The notes: generated from the letters alone by a model not told the origin. Counted from the first letter of the whole stretch, positions 1 to 12,952 are shown. The stretch is DNA of 63,008 nucleotides, filler included, from Octopus bimaculoides (GCF_001194135.2; 5 parts of 5 records of this genome joined end to end with filler, not necessarily neighbours in it), one strand, 5' to 3'. Numbers and translations are program-made.

Positions 1-28
1 AATAAAAGAAATGTATCTATCTATCTAT

Positions 29-73
<45 letters not shown>

Positions 74-499
74 TATATGTCTGTTTGTTTGTCTGTCTGC
101 CTGCCTGTCTGTCTATCTATATATCTCTCTATATATTCTGTGTGTACGTATGAATGAATCCGCGTGTTTGTGTGTGTGTATGTATGTGTGTGTATTCGTG
201 TGTGTGTTTAAATATAAGGTTACTAAAGTAACCTGGTTCGAGTTTCTCTATATATCTTCGAAATTAGTTACTGGTTTTAAAGAAGTAACCAGCAATCTGT
301 TTCGATACATAGAAGCAATGGCAATGACATGTACATTTTCCATATGGTTAGAGATCACGAAACGGTCGTTTACGGAATGTAGAATCCTAAAGGGAACAAG
401 GTCGGCCGAAGCTATGAATAAAAGAACATTACGCTCGGCGTTAAAATAAGGAATTTTACCAATATTGTATTTGCTATAGAATATCAAAAGATGGATGAC

Positions 500-620
500 T
501 ATTCCGATAGAATATGTACTAAGCTTACAAAGAATAAGTCCTGGGGTCGATTTGTTCGACTAAAGGTGTTGCTCCAGCATGGTCGCACTCAAATGACTGA
601 AACAAATAAAAGAATAAAAG
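500..620 (+). mobile_element. 3' fragment of octopus-type tRNA SINE (family 1)
   Basis: GATAGAATA..GTACTAAGCTTACAAAGAATAAGTCCTGGGGTCGATTTG...GCTCCAGCATGG..GCA..CAAATGACTGAAAC matches the 3' halves at 7470-7565 and 32875-32980. Confidence 0.8.
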
Positions 621-702
621 TATATATTCAAGTATTTTCTCTAATACCTACATATATATAGAATTATGTTATGTTATATTATATTACATATAACAATCTA
701 CC

Positions 703-737
703 TACCTACCTACCTACCTGCCTACCTACCTACCTAC

Positions 738-795
<58 letters not shown>

Positions 796-880
796 AACTA
801 ACTATCTATCCATGTGTGTGTGTGTGTGTGTGTTTATGTCTCTGTATATTTGTGTATCTGTGTGTGTCTGTCTATGTTTG
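703..880. repeat. compound microsatellite (CTAC)n-(CTAT)n-(TG)n
   Basis: direct reading. Confidence 0.95.
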
Positions 881-1198
881 TAAGTGTGTGTGCGTGTCTG
901 TGTGTTTGTGTGTATACATTAATATCCTTTCCGATTTCGTACTGTCGAATATATTTTCCTTCTCTTGCGCTCATTCTACATCACGAAAATTGAAGGAAAA
1001 AAAAAACGTAATCATTATCAGACTGCATTGAACAGAAGAAACGACAGCCAGTAAAAATAATATAACAAATACAAAAAAACACCAAAATACACATGATGAG
1101 TTTCATAAAAAATTTAATTTTAGCAAGTCACATTCGGACAATAAGAATTAATTAAAATTAGTCTTTGGCATCGGGCTTTATAAAACAGAACAAAACAA

Positions 1199-1199
<1 letters not shown>

Positions 1200-1269
<70 letters not shown>

Positions 1270-1285
1270 CAACAATAATAATAAT
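1200..1285. repeat. (AAT)n microsatellite
   Basis: direct reading. Confidence 0.95.
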
Positions 1286-1506
1286 AAGTAACAAAAAATG
1301 AACATATAGCAATATATATAATACATATATATANNNNNNNNNNNNNNNNNNNNNNNNNNNNNNNNNNNNNNNNNNNNNNNNNNNNNNNNNNNNNNNNNNN
1401 NNNNNNNNNNNNNNNNNNNNNNNNNNNNNNNNNNNNNNNNNNNNNNNNNNNNNNNNNNNNNNNNNNNNNNNNNNNNNNNNNNNNNNNNNNNNNNNNNNNN
1501 NNNNNN

Positions 1507-1550
<44 letters not shown>

Positions 1551-1804
1551 CTCTATGTAGAAATATATTTGAGTCTTTTTGGAAAATAATCTATATGAGA
1601 AGTATAAAATTAAACGAGAACAAGGTAGAAAGATATTAAGGTGAAATGAATTTAGTTCCATCGGGGGGGGGGATGTAATCTAAGGGCAAATAAGTTTTAA
1701 TGAAGATGATGTCCGTGATGATGATAGTAATAAAAACAACAGTAACAACGATAGCAGTATTTAGCATATGAAATAAAGTTAATGATGAAAATGATGCTGG
1801 TGGT

Positions 1805-1835
1805 AATAATAATAATAGTAATAATAATAATAATA

Positions 1836-1897
<62 letters not shown>

Positions 1898-1990
1898 AAG
1901 AAGAAGAAGAAGAAGAAGAAGAAGAGGAGGAGGAGGGGGAGGAAGATGAAGAACAAGAACAAGAAAAAGAACAACAAGAACAACAAGAAG
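1805..1990. repeat. compound trinucleotide repeat (AAT)-(GAT)-(AAG)-(GAG)-(AAC/AAG)
   Basis: direct reading; explains the homopolymer ORF at 1636..2034. Confidence 0.95.
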
Positions 1991-2875
1991 AACTTATTAA
2001 ATATTATATCTAAATTTAGCCAAGATGTAGGCATGAATACGTTGTAAAAAATTATTTAGAATTTCAGTGAAACCTTATAAATAAATGAATAACAACGGAG
2101 TTATTCAACTAAGCTGAAACTGAGAGCATAATTAGATGCACGTATCATAATAAGATAATTAGACCAGAAACGCCAATACAAATAGTAATGAGTAAATGAA
2201 CCTTGATAAAATAGAGACAGAGAAATAAAACATATAATTAGAAAGGAGAACTGCTGAAGTGTCAGACTGCTATTAGGAAATAAACCCATTGCTAAGCATA
2301 ATTTGATAGGTATGAACACAGTACCAGTCCAGTTTATTTACTCCAGATTAATAAACTAACGTTTATGAGCGTTGATGAGGTTATATGGGAAAACAAAGAG
2401 AGAAAGTTTTTAAACCTCGGTGTAATGAGAAAATGCTTACCATTCATAGAGAGAAGGAGAGAAGGATGGTATTTATGTCAATAAATAGAAAAGTACTAAA
2501 ATTAGTAACAGTGAGAAAAGAAATATTTAGAAGCAAGATAATTGAAACACAGTGGTGTAATTAGGGAAAGAGAAACGAGCTCACATGTGCAGACACACAG
2601 ACACACACACACACACAAACACACACCCACACATACACACACACACAAAGACACACACACANNNNNNNNNNCACACACACACACATACACACACACGCAC
2701 ACACACACACACACACACACGCACACACACACACACACAAACACACACAAAAATAAACCGAAATGTCTAAATAACGAAACAATAAATTACACACAGGAAA
2801 GTAACTGCATGGCAGGAAAATATTTAAAAGTTTAAAAGGTTCGAAAGACAAACGGTATTTGAAAATACATTAGCG

Positions 2876-3259
2876 GTTGTTGGCACTCCGTCGCTTACGA
2901 CGTCGAGGGTTCCAGTTGATCCGATCAACGGAACAGCCTGCTCGTGAAATTAACGTACAAACTACTGAGCACTCCACAAACTCGTGTACCCTTAACGTAG
3001 ATCTCGGGGATATTCAGCGTGACACAGTGTGACAAGGCTAACCCTTTGAATTACAGGCACAACAGAAACAGGAAGTAAGAGTGAGAGAAAGCTGTGGTGA
3101 AAGAGTACAGCAGGGTTCGCCACCATCCCCTGCCGGAGCCTCGTGGTGCTTTAGGTGTTTTCGCTCAATAAACACTCACAACGCCCGGTCTGGGAATCGA
3201 AACCGCGATTCTATGACCGCGAATCCGCTGCCCTAACCACTGGGCCATTGCGCCTCCAC
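2876..3259 (-). mobile_element. full-length tRNA-derived SINE (family 3)
   Basis: minus strand begins GTGGAGGCGCAATGGCCCAGTGGTTAGG (A box) ... GGTTTCGATTCC (B box); near-identical second copy at 25131-25510. Confidence 0.85.
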
Positions 3260-4879
3260 ACATTAGCGGTAAAAGGTTGGAAAAAAATCTTCATGATTAG
3301 TATACTTCATGACGTCACGAAGAGAAAGTCAGCGAAAGTGACCGTCAGCAACAGCTGCTCAAAATTCCCAGATTAAAAGCTGAAGAGAAACAGTTTTATT
3401 TTAACTCCACATGACAAATAATCACAAAGAATTAGAAAAATTTATGAACAAAGATGCTAATTTATGCACAAACTATGCAAGTAGTAAAAAGGGACAACTG
3501 GTTATCTCATATATAGTAACCCAAGGCCTACCAGTTCGCGTAAATCCATACTCGCTGTAGGTGATAACGACTTGACACCGTTCATGTAGGATGTGTTTGC
3601 TGATTTTGATATGTAGACTAAATCAACGGTTTTATCTGCGTTCATAGATTTAAAATTGGAATGAAAATGATATGAACTGTAACGAAGCAGTCAATAATAC
3701 CACTACCAGATCAATTCAATCTTGTGACATAAAAATGGCTAACAATATTCTAAAAGTAAAAAAGAATCGCTTATTTTCAGTTTCATGTATGAAAAAATAC
3801 GAAAAATCAAAGCGCCCTAATCGTCAGAAGTAACCAGCTGTTCGACGAATATTATCATAATACACACACACACACACACACANNNNNNNNNNNNNNNNNN
3901 NNNNNNNNNNNNNNNNNNNNNNNNNNNNNNNNNNNNNNNNNNNNNNNNNNNNNNNNNNNNNNNNNNNNNNNNNNNNNNNNNNNNNNNNNNNNNNNNNNNN
4001 NNNNNNNNNNNNNNNNNNNNNNNNNNNNNNNNNNNNNNNNNNNNNNNNNNNNNNNNNNNNNNNNNNNNNNNNNNNNNNNNNNNNNNNNNNNNNNNNNNNN
4101 NNNNNNNNNNNNNNNNNNNNNNNNNNNNNNNNNNNNNNNNNNNNNNNNNNNNNNNNNNNNNNNNNNNNNNNNNNNNNNNNNNNNNNNNNNNNNNNNNNNN
4201 NNNNNNNNNNNNNNNNNNNNNNNNNNNNNNNNNNNNNNNNNNNNNNNNNNNNNNNNNNNNNNNNNNNNNNNNNNNNNNNNNNNNNNNNNNNNNNNNNNNN
4301 NNNNNNNNNNNNNNNNNNNNNNNNNNNNNNNNNNNNNNNNNNNNNNNNNNNNNNNNNNNNNNNNNNNNNNNNNNNNNNNNNNNNNNNNNNNNNNNNNNNN
4401 NNNNNNNNNNNNNNNNNNNNNNNNNNNNNNNNNNNNNNNNNNNNNNNNNNNNNNNNNNNNNNNNNNNNNNNNNNNNNNNNNNNNNNNNNNNNNNNNNNNN
4501 NNNNNNNNNNNNNNNNNNNNNNNNNNNNNNNNNNNNNNNNNNNNNNNNNNNNNNNNNNNNNNNNNNNNNNNNNNNNNNNNNNNNNNNNNNNNNNNNNNNN
4601 NNNNNNNNNNNNNNNNNNNNNNNNNNNNNNNNNNNNNNNNNNNNNNNNNNNNNNNNNNNNNNNNNNNNNNNNNNNNNNNNNNNNNNNNNNNNNNNNNNNN
4701 NNNNNNNNNNNNNNNNNNNNNNNNNNNNNNNNNNNNNNNNNNNNNNNNNNNNNNNNNNNNNNNNNNNNNNNNNNNNNNNNNNNNNNNNNNNNNNNNNNNN
4801 NNNNNNNNNNNNNNNNNNNNNNNNNNNNNNNNNNNNNNNNNNNNNNNNNNNNNNNNNNNNNNNNNNNNNNNNNNNNNNN

Positions 4880-4958
4880 TGGTAGGTCTTGACAGATACG
4901 TTTATATCAATTGGGACAGTCATATCAATGAGGAGGCATGATTTTTGTCTGATCTTTC
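4880..4958 (-). mobile_element. 5'-truncated R4/Dong-like RLE non-LTR retrotransposon fragment (remainder probably in the gap)
   Basis: reads CLLIDMTVPIDINVSVKTY, matching the PD-(D/E)xK restriction-like endonuclease segment of RLE LINEs; (TAA)n lies immediately 5' on the element strand. Confidence 0.7.
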
Positions 4959-4973
4959 AGTATTATTATTCAG

Positions 4974-5039
<66 letters not shown>

Positions 5040-5099
5040 AATTCTAAGAAATAACGGAAAATTTATACAAATGATTTACAAAACAATAAAATCCTGTTT

Positions 5100-5480
5100 G
5101 AAAGAAGCCAATAAATACATGATAGACGATGAAATTATAGACGGGAGGGATTAAGAGCGGAATGAATAAGGAACTTTGCTATTTTGCACCACCTGCAAAA
5201 TTGTTGGAGACTAGGTTTACGTAGAACAACTGAATGGACACTACTAAGGCCTGCATAGGAGGATATGCTAGTGTCAACTAGACCATCCCATATAATAATT
5301 GGGAAGCTATCCGATGGGCTTCCATACATTTTCTGTCAACCCAGTTTCATTCACAAGTCTTCGGTCTACCAAAAACATTGAAGGAAAAGGTGCTGTGGTG
5401 TGGAATGAAACAACGCATTTTATCGATGATTTAAAGACTTTATCAATTCACCATTCTATAACATATGGAGAAAAAAATCC
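5100..5480 (+). mobile_element. possible very old LINE APE-endonuclease relic
   Basis: GRD*ERNE*GTLLFC loosely resembles the RTE APE motif G.RNEEG..LL.FC; many stops. Confidence 0.25.
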
Positions 5481-5899
5481 ATAAATTTTTAAGGTGACTA
5501 CAGCTAAGTGCTTAAATCCCTCTACTTGACGATAACTACTACTTTATTGCGCCAGTAATGTTATACATGTCCAATGTTTAATGATAATAAATTATTTCCA
5601 ATACAGATTGAATTTTCCACGCTATTTATGAAAAGTCTCACGTCACATTAGAATTCTCTTTGCAGTAGAAGTCCGCCTACTACTAATTTGGAGACGACGC
5701 CTACAAACTTATGTTCTTCCTTTCTTTGTTTAGTTGTGTGTGTGTGAGTAGTGGCATCTTTATATGTACTCCATGAACTCACTGCTGTTCTATTTAGAAA
5801 AACGAAACTGGGAATTTGCAGTGTTTAATGTTCGGCTGTTGATATAGCTGCTGTCTGTGCATGATGTTGTCCGTTTGTTATTTTCCTCGTTATTCATAT

Positions 5900-6800
5900 T
5901 CATTTTGTTTTTGTCGTATCTTTTGAAATCCGAGTCATTGCGTTTCTTGCTTGCGTGTTTGCTAGCAAAGATATTATTGTTTATTTTCTTGGTGGATTTT
6001 GACCCGTTTTGTTCTTAAGTTTCTCGATTTTTCATGCTGTTCTTTTGGTGGTGGTGGGTCAGTGACAGGTAGATTCTCTAATATAAAATCATCCGGCTTT
6101 CAGCATTATGCGATTGCCGTGGTTTTCTTCTTCCTCGTTTTAATTCACCCCTCACCCAAAGGCTTACTATAGTTCTTTGTCATCGTAATTTAAAGAAATC
6201 GCAGGAGAAAGGTCGAAGACGGAGACCGGTTGTAGCATGTGCATGCTAGTAACAGCGTCTATCGCGTTTGCTTAATCTATATTTGTACTTCCACTTTCTG
6301 TGTTTTTGTTGTTCGTGATTCGTGTGTATTTACTTTCCGTTTCCTTCATGGAAATGATGGAGACAGCTCCTTCCAGTGTTGTCGCTCTACTTGTTATCAT
6401 TGATATGTCTCTTGTAGTTGCTGCTATAAGTAGTGGTAGTATTGTTGCTCTTGTAATCGTTTTGGTGAGGGTGTAACTTTAACACCAAAATAAAATGCAT
6501 GCGATGTTTTGTGCATGTTCAGTCACGCATCCTCATTAGCTTCTCTTGTGTTTTCAGTGGAAATTATTCCCAACTACTTCAGCCTGAGGTTGAATCCACT
6601 GCTGATCAGTGTGCCATATTTCTCTACCATCTTTAATTGCTATCCTATATCCCACGGTAGTGACATATTCAACTGCAGCATCCAGAGCATTCACCGGCCA
6701 GAATCCGGGACATTCGTTGACCAGCATCCAGGGCATTCACTGACCAATGTATGTTGGAAAGATTGGAAATACATGAGATGTGCATGGTACTAAACGAATT
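5900..6800 (-). mobile_element. possible degraded L1/Tx1-like ORF1 region
   Basis: protein-like but stop-interrupted frames (..FPTYIGQ*MPWMLVNECPGFWPVNALDAAVEY..) followed by a Thr/Ala-rich low-complexity stretch; assignment weak. Confidence 0.25.
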
Positions 6801-6913
6801 GTTAAAATCTACATCGATTTACTGTACGATAATGATTAGTGTGTGCTATACATCTCAGTTTTGTTACATGGTCTACACTACTGTGTGATACCGTTATGAA
6901 ATTATACTACATT

Positions 6914-7580
6914 ATAGGCGCAGGAGTGGCTGTGTGGTAAGTAGCTTGCTTACCAACCACATGGTTCCGGGTTCAGTCCCACTGCGTGGAACCTTGGACA
7001 AGTGTCTTCTACTATAGCCTCTGGCCGACCAAAGCCTTGTGAGTGGATTTTGTAGACAGAAACNNNNNNNNNNNNNNNNNNNNNNNNNNNNNNNNNNNNN
7101 NNNNNNNNNNNNNNNNNNNNNNNNNNNNNNNNNNNNNNNNNNNNNNNNNNNNNNNNNNNNNNNNNNNNNNNNNNNNNNNNNNNNNNNNNNNNNNNNNNNN
7201 NNNNNNNNNNNNNNNNNNNNNNNNNNNNNNNNNNNNNNNNNNNNNNNNNNNNNNNNNNNNNNNNNNNNNNNNNNNNNNNNNNNNNNNNNNNNNNNNNNNN
7301 NNNNNNNNNNNNNNNNNNNNNNNNNNNNNNNNNNNNNNNNNNNNNNNGTGTGTGTGTGTGTGCGTGCGTGCGTGTATTTGTGCGTCTGTGTTTGTTCCCC
7401 CAACATCGCTTGACAACCGAATCTGGTGTGTTTACGTCTCCGTAACTTATTGGTTCGGCAAAAAGAGGCCGATAGAATAAGTACTAGGCTTACAAAGAAT
7501 AAGTCCAGGATTTGCTCGATTAAAGGCGGTGCTCCAGCATGGCCGCAGTCTAATGACTGAAACAAAAAAAAAGAGTAAAA
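6914..7580 (+). mobile_element. tRNA-derived SINE family 1 with internal (TA)/(TG) microsatellite (gapped)
   Basis: head ATAGGCGCAGGAGTGGCTGTGTGGTAAG (A box) ... GGTTCAGTCCC (B box); same head at 18372, 20021, 32600, 62001 and, reversed, at 10110 and 23095. Confidence 0.9.
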
Positions 7581-8594
7581 AGTAAAGAGAGTTGTGGTAC
7601 TCCCGTATGCCTTTCTTAATATACGGCTTCCCGATCGACTTTAAATTTGTACCGACTAATATTAGATTTGTACTGGCCAATATTAGATTTCTACCGACCA
7701 ACATTATATTTGTACCAACCAATATTAGATATGTATCGATTAATTTTAGATTTGTACCGACAAATTTTAGAAAATTTACCGATCAACTTCCGAGTTGTTC
7801 CTTTGATACATATTTCTAAAAATATCTTGAACCCAAATATGTTTACTATGTACGCTTATAATCCGGAATTTTGCCACCAGACATATTACCATTATATCAA
7901 TTAAAAAATATTTTGAATGGAATTTGCATACACACGCGCGCGCGCACACACATGCACACGTATATTATTGACAACGATACAAAACAATACAATAATTCTA
8001 TTTGAGAAATTTTATAAAATCTAATTAAAGCTTGTAGTGTGAATATATGTTTAGAAATGATGCATGTATCTTATTAGAAGAATTCTTACAGAGAAGAAGA
8101 ATAAATTTAGGAACTATATACTTATTACATAAAATATATTTTATTAACTGGTTGTCGATGAAACATAATCAAAATGTAGAAAGTAATTGAATGAAATGAT
8201 CTATGCAAGAACGTTCAGAAATGTAGAAATAACAGCTAAATACTGGTTTTTAGTAATGTAGCATAGAGAAATAGATAGACATAGCAATGACGTGAATGGC
8301 TCTGAGTCTAGTCGACAAAGAACCAAAGAGCAGGGTTAGCAAGCTGTGTTTATTAATGGAACGCTAGACATTCTAGAAACTTCCAAGAGAAACGCGAAGC
8401 TTTTTTGAAAAATTAAGAATTACTTCTCATGAAATATAATACTCCGAGAAATTTACTAAAGGGAGATTACTCTATAACATTTCTTGCAAGTTTATATCAT
8501 TCAACTATTTTGGCTACAGACGACACACTACTACAAGTTCTTTGAAGAAGAAGATATATATATATAATTTTTATTCATTAATGGTCTGTTTCTC

Positions 8595-9204
8595 GGATCT
8601 TTTTTAAAACGGGGGCCACATTTTTCATTAATGTTTTACGTAGTGTTTTTGGTACCGAAAGGCTTTCAAACTTCGTATACTTATCTATTTTGTGTTATAG
8701 AACAGAAAAATATTTTTGTATTCGAATTTATTTCATGTAAAAAATTGTCTTATTTCGATAATTTCAACCAATCACTGACAAGTATTCAGTTGTTTACATT
8801 TACTCCTTTGGCTCATTAAGCGATGTAAAGCGTATTTAATCTCCATACCTTCGTTTTATTTGCTTTTTTCATTTTAAATTTGCTTTAACCCTAACCCTAG
8901 CCATAACCCTAACCCTAACCCTAGGGTTAGGGTTAGGGTTAGGGTTAGGTTTAGGGTTAGGGTTAATTGTTTCAGAATCTTTTGTTTGTGTAGTCGGCAC
9001 TTAATGTATATCGGCTGAATGGACGTCAGTGATTGGTTGAAATTACAGAAATACGACAACTTTAACATGGAATAATTTATGGATTTCTTTTTTTTTTAAG
9101 AAGACTAAGAGAAAAAGATGTTTTATATGACACATTCTACCAGTGTTCCAAGTTTCAAAGTGTTTCGTTAATGAAAAATGTGGTCCCAGTTTTAAAAAAG
9201 ATCC
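8595..9204. mobile_element. 610-bp MITE with 37-bp TIRs, 8-bp TSD and telomeric-repeat palindromic core
   Basis: TIR GGATCTTTTTTAAAAC(G/T)GGG(G/A)CCACATTTTTCATTAA (2 mismatches); TGTTTCTC duplicated at 8587-8594 and 9205-9212; inner inverted repeats 8747-8792 / 9012-9057. Confidence 0.85.
8886..8965. repeat. interstitial telomeric-type palindrome (TAACCC)n-CTAG-(GGTTAG)n
   Basis: direct reading; dyad axis between 8922 and 8923 (CCCT|AGGG). Confidence 0.95.
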
Positions 9205-9829
9205 TGTTTCTCCTCTGATGAACACAATATAGCCTAACATTTTTCTATGAAATGAATCGCAGTGTTTCCTGCTGATTTCGTTGAATTTGTTTGATATAAA
9301 TCCTTTAGTTCATTATCATTTCATGCATTAGAACGCAAGACAAAACGTTTCCAAACAGAAAAAAAACAAAAAGAACAAAAAAACATTTTCAATCGGAATT
9401 AAGGAAGGTGAATAAGGAGGTAAGTAAATTAAATTTAGATTTAGCTCGTTTAATGCTGAGCTTAATCCAGGTGTGGATATTCCCTTGTCACCACTAGAAG
9501 TTTTCAGCCCAATTAAACATTCCTTGAAGTCCTCCTCATTAACTGTACAATAAAATATGTGCAACTTTCAGTGAAAATAAATCTGTAATTGTTATAATGG
9601 TAATATAGTAGTACAATTCTTGATTATAAGCGTACATATTAAAGATATTCGGGTACAAGATACTTTATTTAGAAATATGTATAAAAAAAATTCTGCAGCT
9701 GATCGGTAAAGTTTCTAAAATTGGTCGGTACAAATTTAAAATTAATGGGTACAAATGTAAAATTTTTCGGTAGAAATCTAATATTGGTCAGTACAAATCT
9801 AAATGAAGTTGGTCATTTGCCGGACTATT

Positions 9830-10110
9830 GGATTACAGTGGCATAACTACACCGACACTTGTTGTTAAGCAGTGATCGCAGGACAAATACAGGACACATA
9901 GACACACACACATAGATATACACACACACATATATATATATATACGACGAGATTCTTTCAGTTTCCATCTACTAAATCCACAGACAAGGCTTCGGTCGAT
10001 CCCAGCCTATAGTAGAAGACACTTGCCCAAGTTGTGATGCATTGGGACTGAACCGGGAATCATTTGGTTAGAAAGTAAGCTTCTTAGCACATAGCCACGC
10101 TTGCGCATAT
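9830..10110 (-). mobile_element. SINE family 1, 5' and middle part
   Basis: reverse complement of the family 1 head and body. Confidence 0.8.
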
Positions 10111-10823
10111 GAACTCATTCTCCACTTCCTTGTCTTTTATTTATTTATTTATTTATTTTATTTTATTTAGAATGGCACACTTTCCGTTTGGAAAAAAAAA
10201 AACAGACAAAAGCATATTGAAATAAATGAATTAGATATACAAGAAAAAAAAAGATATAGAAAGAAAATAGATATAACAAAAAAATGGTTTTGCTTAAAGA
10301 TTGGAACGCGGAAATGCACCTAAAACTGGAGACAGGCGGATGAACTACGCAGTGCACCGCATCACTGATCAGACTTGCGACAAGCAACATCACATCTACG
10401 GAAATCCTCTAGTTTCACGGATCAATAAACATTCGTGACTCAGTATGTTGCAAATAATAATAATAACAATAATAATAATAATCCTTTCTACTACACGGTA
10501 TAAAACATACACGAAGGGAAACATAAGTAGTACACAACTTTAAAAAATGGTGGGGATGAGAGATACGCAGGTCTCCTAATACAGGGGGACCACTACGGAT
10601 AATCGAGGAACTCCACTCTCTGAGATCTTTTTGAACGCCAAAAGTAAGACTCACAAGTCTACACTTAGAAACGTAACGTACAACATTTTCGCAACTTTCA
10701 CTCAACTTTCAGTAAACTCACTCGAGGATAGCACTTCACTCTTCGCCCGCAATTTCCTTTATCAAGTGAAGCTTGAAGAATTCAAAAGCGACAGCAACAA
10801 CAGAAACAACTACAACGATGATG

Positions 10824-10889
<66 letters not shown>

Positions 10890-10891
<2 letters not shown>

Positions 10892-11065
10892 CCTTTTTAC
10901 ATTAGGCATATCGCCTGCAGTTTTGGGGAAGGAGAGTAGTTGTTTACATCAACCCCAGTGTTTCACTGGTACATAATTTATCGACCCCAAAGGTATCAAA
11001 CTAAAGTCGACCTCGGCAGAATTTGAACTCAGAACGTAGCAGCAGACAAAATACCGCTACGACCA
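10890..11065 (-). mobile_element. tRNA-derived SINE family 2
   Basis: reverse complement TAGCGGTATTTTGTCTG...TTCTGAGTTCAAATTCTGCCGAGGTCGAC (B box GAGTTCAAATTC) matches 13287-13660 and 53139-53355. Confidence 0.75.
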
Positions 11066-12711
11066 CCACCTCCGCCACCATCGCTACCACTATCACCTAG
11101 TATCCTTGCCATCACAGGACACCGGCTGAGCGTTGAGCCGCTAGTGGTCAGTCTCCTGCTGTGTATAACAGTCCAAACTCCATCATGTAGTAACCAGCCG
11201 TCTTGGAAATCAGCAAGCTGGAGATGTGTGCGCAAGGAAATAGGACGGGATAGTCACGTCAGGAATGTCTTTGATTCCAAATATAATAGGTCATGGTTGA
11301 ATTGAGGTGAAGCAGGATCAACGACAGCAGTAAAAGTTTTTAACTGCCACCTCATGATAAACTTGATCTGGAAGATTCTGTGACGGTTGACTCAATCATC
11401 TCACAATCGGCATCCAACTTTTCGTGGGCCAAACAGCCAATGCTTGATTTACTTGTGGACAATTAAAGGGAGAAGGGCTAATGCAAATAATTATTGACAA
11501 AAAATTATGAATTTTAATTTATTAATTTTTAACACATTATTAATTCGATGATCCTCATGTTTAGTCCCAACAATAATGATCAAATAAAAACTTCATCAAT
11601 GTCACCATACCGAATGAGAGCTTCGTTTTATATGATAGTAAAGGGTTATATGAACAAGCGTTCATGACTATTTGTAGCACATTGTACAACCAATTTATCG
11701 CAGTGATCCATTTTTTACAATCACAATGGATTTAAAATAACATCGTCTAAAGTATCGATTCTTTGCCGTTTTTATTTTCAGTTGATCGTAGCTATTGATT
11801 ATGATCTGAGGGAGATTTAGCTTTTATATCTACTAGATTGCATCATATTTCTATTCCCACTTATAACTAATTCCCTTTATACAATTCATATCGCTGCTGT
11901 TAATGGATAAACATAAACTTCACAGCCCTTATCTCCTTTCTCTTGAATTCTCTACGGGCAATATTTTATTAGACTGTTCATATCAATGACGAGGTTTTCA
12001 AGATAGTTATCCCACTTCTGTGTGATAGATTATATTTTAACTGATTTATTCAACTGAAATTATGGAGTGGTCAAAAACTCAGTGATATAACTAACAGGTG
12101 TATATGCTGCATTACCCATAAATTTATATTCATTCAACGTTCTGCTCGGTTATGTTTTATAGATGTGAAACCGAGAACCAGAGGGATGACTACCATCAGC
12201 AAATAGCAAGAATATACAGTTCACAAATTGTATACTTCCAATGCTAGAAAGCCTAAATAATATTGTAAGTATAACATGTTCCTCCTGCAATGAAAAGTTC
12301 ATTTCTGTGCTTAAATATAATTGAGGCTAGTAACTGGACGACAACTCTGCAAAATTACTTATTGAAATTTATACTTACGCATGCTGTGTTGAAAAGAAAA
12401 CATTAGTTTATGGCTGGCATAATTTCCTTTAATTGAAACGATTTTCTCTTTGCGCACCACATTGTCTATGTTAGCAATGTTTAAAATATCTGTTTCCCAT
12501 GCGTATGGCGTCTCTTTCAGTTTTTCCTCAGTTAAGATAACATTAGTTACAATCTAAAGTTTCTGATAGAGCCCGTCATCGAACAAGAAGAAATGTCTCG
12601 TAACTTTTCAGCAGATTTGCTTGGACTTATATATAATTAAATGCTTAAACACTTGTAACATGAAACATATGTCTTGCTTTACCCAGCCCACAGCTCTAGT
12701 TTGTCTCCCTG

Positions 12712-12762
12712 TTGCTGCTGCTGCTGTTGCTGTTGCTGCTGCACCTCCTCCTCCTCCTCCTC

Positions 12763-12801
<39 letters not shown>

Positions 12802-12824
12802 ACTCCATCACCACCACCACCACC

Positions 12825-12867
<43 letters not shown>

Positions 12868-12884
12868 ACTCCATCACCACAACC

Positions 12885-12952
<68 letters not shown>

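Larger units (their letters stand above)
7640..9803 (-). mobile_element. Tc1/mariner (IS630-like) DNA transposon relic with long inverted arms containing ~21-bp tandem repeats
   Basis: arms 7640-7896 and 9593-9803 are reverse complements (e.g. ATTTGTACCGACCAATATTAG units vs CTAATATTGGTCAGTACAAAT; TACGCTTATAATC vs GATTATAAGCGTAC); internal minus-strand LIYLPPYSPSLIPIENVF (9381-9435) resembles the DDE_3 motif YLPPYSPDLNPIE. Confidence 0.7.

Noticed and set aside
6914-6990. tRNA genes at SINE heads (also 3190-3259, 14606-14680, 53139-53230)
   Set aside because: A and B boxes are present, but there is no complete cloverleaf and non-tRNA bodies follow
7640-7790. CRISPR-like array
   Set aside because: Degenerate ~21-bp tandem units with no unique spacers; part of a transposon arm in a eukaryote
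8886-8965. Telomere-fusion scar
   Set aside because: A fusion gives (TTAGGG)n then (CCCTAA)n; here the order is reversed and the repeats lie inside a TSD-flanked MITE
11070-11470. Unique GC-richer segment with ~95-codon frames
   Set aside because: No start codon, no convincing splice sites and no recognisable motif; begins inside a SINE and an ACC repeat
11560-12010. GPCR-like pseudogene on the minus strand (NACSYNPF motif)
   Set aside because: One weak motif among many stops; unsupported
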